Source of the DNA: Antedon mediterranea
Taxonomy: Eukaryota > Animalia > Echinodermata
Length of the DNA stretch: 64,000 nucleotides
Direction: 5' to 3'
Assembly: GCF_964355755.1 (NCBI RefSeq)
Contig: NC_092674.1
Location: forward strand, 17,918,001 to 17,982,000
The notes below the pieces were generated by a model. The model saw only the letters and a list, made by a program, of their open reading frames with translations. It ran no database searches and was not told the DNA's origin. A program made the position numbers and the translations under genes. Positions 25,574 to 36,500 of the stretch are shown here, piece after piece. Every line of letters begins with the position of its first letter. Position 1 is the first letter of the stretch.

Positions 25574-26892
25574 GGGAACAATCGGCCATTTTCTCACAAA
25601 TACAGTATCAAATTTCGCTATATTTTAAAATTGTAATTGAGTTATACTCATATTTTAAAGATGAGGGCTGAGTAAACCGGACCAGTGGTCCTACTCTAAC
25701 TTATACTGGCCGACTAAGGAGGTACCCTAGTATAATCCCACCAAGTGACTGCCAGGAACAATCCGCCATTTTTTCACAAATACAGTATCAAATTTCACTA
25801 TATTTTAAAATATTAATTGTAAATGAGTTAAACTCAAATTTAAAAGATGAAGGCCGAGTAAACGGGACCAGTGGTCACACTCTAACTTATATTGTACGAC
25901 TAAGGAGATATCCTAGTATAATCCCACCAAGTGACTCTCAGGAACAATCCGCCATTTTCTCACAAATATAGTTTCAAATTTCACTATTTTTGAAAAATTG
26001 TAATTGAGTTACCCTCAAACTTAAAAGATTAGGGCTGAGTAAAAGGGACCAGTGGTCCAACTCTAACTTATACTGGACGACTAAGGAGGTACCCTAGTAT
26101 AATCCCACCAAGTGACTTACAGGAACAATCCGCCATTTTCTCACAAATACAGTATCAAATTTCACTATATTTTAAACTCGTATTGAGTTATAATCATATT
26201 TTAAAGATGAGGGCTTACTAAACCGGACCAGTGGTCCACTAAACCGGACCAGTGGTCCTACTCTAACTTATACTGGACGACTAAGGAGGTACCCTAGTAT
26301 AATCCCACCAAGTGACTCTCAGGAACAATCCGCCATTTTCTCACAAATACAGTATCAAATTTCACTATATTTTAAAATATTAATCGTAAGTGAGTTAAAC
26401 TCAAATTTAAAAGATGAGGACTGAGTAAACGGGACCAGTAGTCACACTCTAACTTAGTGGACGACTATGGAGGTATCCTAGTATAATCCCACCAAGTAAC
26501 GCTCAGGAACAATCCGCCATTTTCTCACAAATATAGTATCAAATTTCACTATATTTTAAAGTCATAATTGAGTTACACTCAAATTTTAAAGATGAGGGCT
26601 GAGTAAACAGGACCAGTGGTCCTACTCTAACTTATACTGGACGACTAAGGATGTACCCTAGTATTATCCCCCCAAGTGACTCCCAGGAACAATCCGCCAT
26701 TTTCTCACAAATACAGTATCAAATTTCACTATATTTTAAAATCGTAATCTAGTTACACTCAACATTTAAAGATGAGGGCTGAGTAAACGGGACCAGTGGT
26801 CCTACTCTAACCTATACTGGGCGACTAAGGAGGTACCCTAGTATAATCCCACAAAGTTACTCCAGGAACAATCCGCCGTTTTCTCACAAAAT
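25574..26892. repeat. ~180-185-bp satellite-like tandem array (7 units plus a partial unit)
   Basis: GGAACAATCCGCCATTTTCTCACAAAT starts at ~25575, 25755, 25941, 26122, 26322, 26506, 26686 and 26865. Confidence 0.92.
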
Positions 26893-27067
26893 ATTTAATT
26901 CATAATACAGTACCATAAAAGCCATAAGTAACACTGAAAATGTAAAAAATACACAAAATAAAATAATAAAAGTGGGCTGGCTTATTGTTGGCTGGCTTAT
27001 TGTTGGCTAGCTTGACACAAGCCTTTGTCATTACGTTTGTAACATAATTCATAATCAATAGTTCCTT

Positions 27068-27466
27068 TTATATAACACCTATATAAATTCCTGTCATTTG
27101 ATTGGACGAATGTGGGTCACATGGCGTGCAATAGTATACAAATAATGAATGTTTATGAGTGCAATGGTACAAATAATGGCACGAGGTGAATGATGAAAGG
27201 TTATATCAACGAGGCAAAGCCGAGTTGATATAACCTTTCATCATTCACCAAGTGCCATTATTTGTACCATTACACGAATACAAAACATTCATTATTTGTT
27301 TTATATAACATCTAGACGTTTTTTTTTCGTACACAAAAATGTTTCAAAAAGTACTATTTAACAATCGTTGAATAGTGCGTACTATTGCACGCCATGTGAC
27401 CCACATTCGTCCAATCAAATGACAGGAATTTATATAGGTGTTATATAATACGCACTATTCAACGAT
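27068..27466. mobile_element. 314-bp hairpin element (27135-27448, minus) inserted into a truncated plus-strand copy of itself
   Basis: The forward copy reads to GCAATAG (27134) and resumes at TACGCACTATTCAACGAT (27449). The insert is the reverse complement of 16013-16326. Confidence 0.8.
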
Positions 27467-27467
27467 A

Positions 27468-28414
27468 TTTACCCCCTACCCCATAATTGTCACAAATTAC
27501 TAATGACGAACAAGTTTCTTTATAATGAACAGCATATTCATTTTTGAAAAAATGTTAACTTCAATTTTCTTATTTATTGTGTCTATAGGTTTATGAAAAC
27601 ATTAGTTTGCATAAGATTTCTTGTATTTTTGTGTTTAAAATTGAAATTCATAGGCTATTTTAGAAGAAATTGCATTTTTTATTAAAGGTCAGTAACCTTT
27701 TGACCTCTAAAGATGTCAATAAATGCGGGATTCATTTTTTTAAAGTATATTGCAATTAGGCAATCTATCTACTACATACTGATAGCAAGAAAATGCAAAT
27801 CTGTTAACTAAATTGTAAATTATTCGCAAAAATGTTACCCCCTACCCCATAATTGTAAACGATTACAAATTACTAAAAACAACAAATTTCTTCATAATAC
27901 ACAGTATATTCATATTTTGTTAATCTTTAACTTCAATTTTCTTGTTTATTGGGTCTATATGTTCATGAAAACATCAGTTTGCATAATATCTATTGTATTT
28001 TTGTTGTTAAAAACTGAAAGTTATAAGTTAATATTAGAAAAAAAATTCATTTTTTATTAAATTTCAATGACCTTCTGACCGCTAATGGCGTCAATAATTG
28101 TTGGATTTACTTATAAAAATATATTATGCTTAAGCAGTCTATACACTACATACTGACACAAAGAAAATGCAAATATGTTCACTCAATCCCAAGTTATTAG
28201 CAAAAATGTTACCCCCTACCCCAACATTTTATGTTGCATATTTTCCGTAGGCGGTGTTATATAATCCTAAAAAATGACTATTAAGCTGTACAATTGGCAT
28301 TGCTATCATGGATTTCTGAAAAGTAGACATATTAAGCTTTCCAAAAATGTATGGTAGCATTTGCCACCAATTTGATACTGCTTTCGCAAAAAACTGGACC
28401 TGGCCCATGGACTA
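27468..28414. repeat. Two ~370-bp tandem units followed by a probable DNA-transposon terminus
   Basis: TTACCCCCTACCCC at ~27468, 27835 and 28209; ends in GGCCCATGGACTA (TAGTCCATGG on minus, possibly an Academ-like end). No partner end found. Confidence 0.55.
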
Positions 28415-28497
28415 AAGGTTAATTTTAGGTTTGTTATTTCGGTCCAAGAAAATGTCATAGTTTGTTTGATTGTCAAAATTAAAAAAATTGTATGTAA

Positions 28498-29804
28498 CTA
28501 GAGGGTGAGCTCGCTTCGCTCGCTCCCCCTCTAGGATGTGTAGACGATGGTTCTCGGAATGATAATGTTCTCCTTATACGTTTTCTGTCGGTTACCATTA
28601 TTGAAAATGCTTGACATTCGTAAAACTAAACTACTTTGTTTCACAGTGTTTTAGATGATTAATAACATTTTAAAGTATAGTTTTTATTGTTTGGTAGGGC
28701 CCTTTGGGGAGGCGGAGGTCATTTGAGGGAGGTGCTTATTCGAGGATATATGTTAAATTTTTTAGTTTTAATAATATGGTAAAATTTATAATCAAATGAA
28801 ATCCTCTAATAGATATGAAAAGAGCTAAAAAAGAATAACAAATGCTTGGTAAATTGTAGATAACAGTGCCGTGAATTCTACTACAAATAGTATAATTTTG
28901 TTATTATAAATATGTGGATGGACGTTTAATAGATAGTTGGGTTGGGGGTGGGGGGGGGTTTATTATTCAAAGTGATGTTTTATTGGAGAGGCGTTTATTC
29001 AAATGAATACCATCCTAATAATTATTAATACATTATTTAATTTAATCATCTCTTGAAACTGCCGTAACAGAGTGGGCCCAAGAAAGAAGACATTACGGCT
29101 TGCAACATGGGCAGACATCTCGGTCCTAACGGGACACAGGAAGATAGCCTACAGTTATTCCTGCAAGCTTACTCAATAAAACTCAGCTATCGGGATTTCA
29201 CTCGAAAAATGTCTTATCATCAAATCTCCCTATGTAATTTTATAATACTATTCCCCACAATATATTCTGATTCTTTATGACGTATATTTAATTTGATCTT
29301 TATTAATTTGCAGTATAATTTAACTACTGTACCTTCACACACGCGTGGTATGTTTTAAAATAAACAAAAAACTGAAATGGCTATGACTAATGGCCAACCA
29401 CTCCTACTATCTGATTTTTTTTTCGTCTTCCAAAGGGACACTGTATTGATTGATGGAAAGTGCCTGTTTCCAGTCACCTTTAGGGTCAAATCTATTATTT
29501 TAACTGCTCCCTTGTGTTTGCAAGGTGAACTTATCTTAAACCCGGAAATTACTTTGACCGGGAAGAATTGAAATTGAGAGGAAAATCCAATGTTGAAATC
29601 ATAAATGTTGTTAAAAAACTCTTTATAATATCTTCCTAAGATATAAATATGGAACAATAGCGTCGGCGTGCACACTAATGTTATCAAATCTACGTTTCGC
29701 GGTACATCTCGGATAGATAAGGTAGGTATCCAAGGCGGAGATTTGTACCGAAGTTTTTGCATTGTGCTCGCCTATGTCAGAATTAACCATAATTTATATA
29801 TAAA
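28498..29804 (-). mobile_element. Non-autonomous Helitron, copy 3
   Basis: Highly similar to 10550-11882; ends CCTAGAGGGGGAGCGAGCGAAGCGAGCTCACCCTCTAG|T on the minus strand. Confidence 0.85.
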
Positions 29805-30334
29805 TATGCAATTAAGGATGACATAATCAACTTTTTTTCTCATAATTTCATAATAAATCATACATATGATACATACAATTTCAATTGGTGGTACAATTTA
29901 GTACGGAATGTATGAACCCACTTTCCAAACCATTGAGAGACTCTTAAAAAAAAACCAGAAAATGAGAGGCAACATTGCCTGGCATCATTGCCAACATTGC
30001 TGCCTCTTATCATATCCATCAAAGTACCTAATGTTTACCGAAACTTTGTATCATGGTCATTGTTCTCGAAACCTTACAAACATTACCCACTATCACAAGC
30101 ATCACAACATAAAATGTTTACAGTCGCATTATAAACTCCTTACAACATAACTTCCAATATGCCTGTACACAATCTTGCATAATTCTGTCATGGTGTACCA
30201 CGACAACCAGCGGGTACACCAACCTAAATAAAAAGTTGATTTAATAAACCATGATTACATGATCACCTATGCTATTATTCTACTGCTGACTATCACATAA
30301 CTAATTCTGTTATTTTGGTTATATAGCATTAACA

Positions 30335-30564
30335 TTAGTTAAAACTGTAGTTGTCTGTGATGTCATTGTTTGCTACAACTTTGTTTAAAGACATTCTTTC
30401 ATAATCACACCTTTTATCAATTACATTTTTCTCAAAGTTCATCTGACCTTCAATAGAATCACATTGCCTGGTAAGTTTTCTTGCAGAATAAATTGCTTTT
30501 ACTCCTGACGGTCCAACTAAACCAGATAGTACCTTATTACTTGGACTTGGGCTTCTGCTATGAC
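30335..30564 (-). CDS. ANKMY1: ANKMY1 probable terminal coding exon
   Basis: Acceptor tttgttttcaatAG, phase 1 matching the MYND exon donor; (G)[10 protein letters not shown]...DNYSFN*. Support is mainly phase and splice signal. Confidence 0.65.
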
Positions 30565-33500
30565 CTATTGAAAACAAATAATGTAATAGCTTTTTATGTA
30601 AGCATTATTTTCATAATGAAAAAAAAAATCTTATTTCGTTTCCTTTCCCAAGGAGACTCGAACTCTGTACCTTGAATGCTATAGAAGCGATCACAGACCA
30701 TCGTCCAACTTTTCTAGACAAGAATTTTCCGTAGATTACGAATATGGAAGGTAATCGATCAGGATAGGAAGCATTTTCGAGATATAAGGGGTCAAAGTTC
30801 AAAATTTACCAATTACAACAATGTATTATGTATACATATGATAACAAATTTATTGAAGCACAATTTAGTCTTTTATTACATTTTTAGGATCCGATTATGA
30901 AATAAAATCCCTTTGTAATTAAGGTTCAAATGTTAATATTGACCAATCATAGAATGTACCTAAAACCAAATAAAAACTAATATCTAACAAATATTGGATG
31001 TTTTCTCATCCTATAATAATCAATCATACGTAATGTAAAAGAGCGAATACAGATCAAAGGTCAACATTTTAATATGCATATTAGTTACCAAATACTGATA
31101 ATATAACTTTTCAAAATTAATTTTGCAAAGTTGGTCAGAACATGGTTGCAGGCCTGCAATATTCATTTTGATTTGATCTGCATCTTTATGTTGGCAATAT
31201 ATAATTTTGGTTTTTATTTGTCTAGGTACTCAGATAACTGAGAATACTTAGTTATGTACTAGCCAGTCTGTGCACATTAACTGGTAAACAAAATACAATT
31301 ATGTGGTTTTTTCATTTGGTCAAAGTATACTTTCAACTTTAATATATGAACATTTTAAAGAAAAAGGTTAATGTTAAGTTTGTTATGTCCAAGAAAATGT
31401 CATAGGTTGTTTGATTGTCAAAACTACGACGTCTATGACGTCATACGAACACGTTGATTTAGACCATTTGCGCGCGTTTCAGTTGAAAAATTTATAAAAT
31501 ATTGTCAAAATTATGCCTAATTTGAATCTATTATAGCTCTTCAGGATCAAAGGTTACCCCAATTTTTTTAACTTATTATGTAAGATGATAAATTGTAGAT
31601 ATGAATTTATGCAGAATTTTTATGGCCACACGTATGTAAAATATAGGATTTTTGTCTCTTCCGTTATTGCTCATCATATTCAACAGAGCGCATCTCGCTT
31701 ATACGTATTCCATTTCCCCAAGATTTTAATATTGTCTACGTCAATCAACTATCTTTTGAATTCAGCAATAACAACATCATATTCTTCAGTTCAGGTCATA
31801 ATGCCATAATCTTTCTCTGTGTGCAATATTCTAGTTCTTCTTTCCTTCCTTCCTTTTTGTGAGTCGCAATTCTCTAAAATGTTTATAACATTTCATAACT
31901 TTGACAACATATGGGCATTTACGTGAAGTTGTGCACCTCCTATTTTTGAATGACGTCATAGTTGCGCAACGCGACTTACGCGCGATTTTATGAATTTCAA
32001 TGATTGATCATAGGATAAAAAATAAAAGTCATTTTGTATTAAAACTTACTGAAAATTTAAGTCATATCAAGGGCAAACTTTCTATGGATTAAAAATGGCA
32101 TGTTTCACAAGAAGTTACGCGCGCATGCGCATTTAAAATTTCAAAATGCGCAAAATTCATTTTTAATCAACTTTTTACGCGTTTCTTGTCATTTTGAGCA
32201 TGTCAAAAATTCCCACGGGCGCGCAATTTTTTACGCGCACGTAGCGTTAAAAATATATTTTTTTTCTCTTGAATTATATTTTTCAAGCCTTTCTTAGTAA
32301 TTTTGAAAACAATTTAGACCTTTTCCAGTTTAAATAACGCCATACGAACACGTTGAATTAGACAATTCGTGCGCGTTTTTTTTTAAAAAGCTTAAAAAAT
32401 CGTCAAAATAATGTCTTTTTTTAAACAGTCATAGTTTCTAAAGTTTATTTTTATTACAAAATCTAGAAGTTGATGAGTTGTAAATATCGGATCATTCATC
32501 GATAAGGCTAAAAAAACATTGTGACGTCATCGTATGGCCACACGAATGTAAAATATAGGATTTTTGTCTATTTCGTTATTGCTCATCACATTCAATGGAC
32601 CGCATCACGCGTATCTGTATTCCATTACGTGTAGAGCCCCATTAGAGAATGTGTTCATTTTTACCCGAAGTTTTGAAAAACTTCGGGTAAATGTCACTTA
32701 ACCTCCTACTGTGACATGTGTTTATTTAAGTCCAACTTTGATAGGCAGGTCATTAAACTATTTGATCATTGCTGAATTCTGCTAGTTTTTGCCTTGCATA
32801 CTGAAGAATGTACCTTGTCCTAATCAATCAATTACAAGAGAGCTAATAAAATCACAGGGGTATAATAGGATTCAGGTAATTAATCACCTGCTTAGTTGAT
32901 TTATCTGATAAGGATTTTGACCAAAAAGTTCTAATGGGGATGTACACCTAATGTCCTTTTTCTCCTACATTTTAATATTGTCTAGGTCAATCAACTTTCT
33001 TTCGCATGAGATAAAAATATTTTAATTTATAGGATTGTAGATACGAAATCATGTGAACTTTTCGCCAATCGGATGTTGTGACGTCATCATATGACAAGTT
33101 TAATTAAAAAGGTCAAATTTTCATCGTCTGCGTCAGAGTTCATTACATTTAAAAGTGCGCGCACCAACATTTTACGTATTCAAATTTCTTCTACAGTTTA
33201 ATATGTTGTTGCTGAGGTAATTTTCTTCAGAAATTGCTATCTTTGTGTTTTATTTTGATGACATCATCATGTTAAATATTTGAATTAAAGGCAGGTCCCG
33301 TAATTTAGTTAATATGTCATAATAATTATACAGTAGTACAATGTACACCAGCATAGGCTCTGATGTGAGCAAATTGTTGTTTGCCGCCCTCTGTATCATG
33401 TAGAATTAATGTCTCCTTGTATACACAGTATACTGTATAATAATAATACATTGTAGCATAGGCGAAAATACAGGACCACCTCTTATTATAGTTTTTAACA

Positions 33501-36500
33501 TAACGATGACGTATGACGTGCACGTGGCGTCTGTCGTGCGGATAACTAACTCGTCAAAGTGACGAGTTTCATGTCTAGTTTAAATTTATATTTGTAGTAA
33601 TGAAACATTTTCACATAAAATGACCAGAAATACAATTTATGACCTATGACATTTATACGATTTTTAATTAATTAGGTGATCATTTAGAATAAAATGATCA
33701 CCTATTGTTATTGTATGAAATCTTTATTCTTCTTCTTCTTCTTCTTATTCTTATTATTTATTTCTCTCTGTACAAATTTGTGTAACAATTATCTCAAAAA
33801 GTTTAATGTAAATGATTACCAAAATTTTACAATGTCTTTCAAATACTGTAACTTAGTCCTAATAAGCTTTTCAGCGTGATCACTCATCCATGACGTCGCG
33901 TATACGCCATTTTGTGAAATCACATTGTCAATCATATCTCCATAATTCATTATCACATATTAATGAAATTCACTACACGTAAACTTCAGGTCAAAGGTAA
34001 AAGTATTAGCAAATAAAAAATTGCGTGTTTCAAGGTCATGCGCGTGAAATCGCGCATTAAAATTTTAAAAAGCTCAAAATTAAGTTTTGATCAATTTAGA
34101 GCATGAAATAGGCCATTTGCGTGTTTCAAAAAATTACTGCCCAAAAACACATTTTTGCGCACGCGATTTTTAAAAAGGGTAAAAAATAAAATTTGATGTA
34201 TACATCATATTCTACTCACAATCCTTAGTACATTCTCCGAATTTGAGTCCATTCCGACTTAAAATAATGCTATACGAGCACGTTAAAAATGACAAAATGC
34301 GCACATTAATTGTACAAAAGTGCTAAAAATGGTAAAAAATAAGGCCTTTTTAAAATGAATATAACTCTTCAGAATGGCAGGTGACCCCCAATTTTTTTAA
34401 CTTATTATGGAAGCCAATAAGTTGTAGATATAAATATATATACATATTAGACGTACAAAATGGTATGACGTCATGAAATGGCCACTTGAATTTAAAAATT
34501 AGTAATTTTTATCTTTTTGTGTGGGTTATCTATGGAAAGCCAAACCCGCCAAAAATACATAATACATACCATCCACCAATAATTAATTCGTACAAAATTC
34601 AAACCATCCAATATTATCTCATGCAGTTCAATGAAAACTTAAACCATTCACCTAGTATCTACACCATCCAATACAATGTGTGACCATCTACCACTAGCCC
34701 AAACGACAGTACGCCGAACAAACTACCCATAACACAAACCATCTAAAGAATGTTGAGCCCAGGCAGCAATAATTGAATTAATCTAACGTTAATACAAGTA
34801 TATATTAGCCAACTCATTTATCAACATTTCATGTAGTTCATGAACATTTCAAACAAAGCATCTTAATTATAGTTCATCGAATTCTAATTCTAATACATTG
34901 CCTGTTTTATACACCGTTCGTCTGTTCAACAGTTTAAACAACTGTTTTGCACACGATACGCCCGTTCGTGAGTTCAAACCATGATATTTGAAGCATCGAC
35001 TTTCCAAATGCCGATTTTTCGCACCGAACGTATTTTCTTGAGTTAAAGTGGTTGCATTTCAATCACTTACTTTCGATTGGCCAGTATTACACACCGTTCG
35101 CTTGTTCGTGTTCAAACCATGATATTTGAAGCATCGACTTTCCAAACGGCGATTTTTCGCACCGAACGTATTTTCTTGAGTTAAAGTGGTTGCATTTCAA
35201 TCACCTACTTTCGATTGGCCAGTATTACACACCGTTCGCTTGTTCGTGATTTCATGTGATAACATTTCATTCGACAACTTTTCAAACGTTAGTTTTTGGC
35301 TCTGCTTACGTATATGTCAGTTGATATGCTATTTTTTAATTTTCATACTTTCCATAGTCAGTTTTGTACATCATTCGCATTTACGCATGTAAAGTGTAGA
35401 TATTCCACTCGACAAGTTTTAAACGGTAGTTGTTCGCACATTTATTGTTTTATTGTTAAATTGTAACTGTTGGCGCCGATTTAATATTGAGGGGCGGGGG
35501 GGGGGGCGGTGAATGTCAACTTTACGACTGTATGACACTTACTTAGGCCTAGGCCTACGTTACACACACAGGGAGATGTAAACTAATTTATAAATTTATT
35601 TTACATCTCCCTGGTTACACACATTATCACAAACTTAAATAATGAAAAAAAAAAACAGAATGAAATAATATAATTTAGCTTGTGGGCCTGTTACAATTAA
35701 CATGTCCATTGTTCCTAAAATGTTCTCATCTTACGGTTGTGGTTGTGGTTGATTTAATATTACACACTACGGAAAAAAAACCCCTTTTTTGAGAGAGTGT
35801 AATTTCCGGACATGTAGAGATACCATATTTAAAAATGTGTACTGTTCACATTCAGTACCGAACACCTCCCCCCCCCCCCCCCCCAATATAAAATCGGCGC
35901 CAACAGTTACAATTTAACAATAAAAAAAAAACTACCGTTTTAAAACTTGTCGAGTGGAATATCTACACTTTACATGCGTAAATGCGAATGATGTACAAAA
36001 CTGATGTATGGAAAGTATGAAAATTAAAAAATAGTATATCAATTGATATATACGTAAGCGGAGCCAAAAGCTAACGTTTGAAAAGTTGTCGAATGAAATG
36101 TTATCACATGAAATCACGAACAAGCGAACGGTGTGTAATACTGGCCAATCGAAAGTAGGTGATTGAAATGCAACCACTTTAACTCAAGAAAATACGTTCG
36201 GTGCGAAAAATCGCCGTTTGGAAAGTCGATGCTTCAAATATCATGGTTTGAACTCACGAACGGGCGTATCGTGTGCAAAACAGTTGTTTAAACTGTTGAA
36301 CAGACGAACGGTGTATAAAACAGGCAATGTATTAGAATTAGAATTCGATGAACTATAATTAAGATGCTTTGTTTGAAATGTTCATGAACAACATGAAATG
36401 TTGATAAATGAGTTGGCTAATATATACTTGTATTAACGTTAGATTAATTCAATTATTGCTGCCTGGGCTCAACATTCTTTAGATGGTTTGTGTTATGGGT

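Noticed and set aside
25574-26892. Possible repeat-spacer array or retroelement-associated RNA array next to a reverse transcriptase
   Set aside because: Whole ~180-bp units are homologous, with no variable spacers. The RT is a decayed BEL/Pao pol and the junction looks like a truncation.
35186-36177. Duplicated small gene pair [11 protein letters not shown]...
   Set aside because: Mirror ORFs from the foldback arms; non-ATG starts and different ends.
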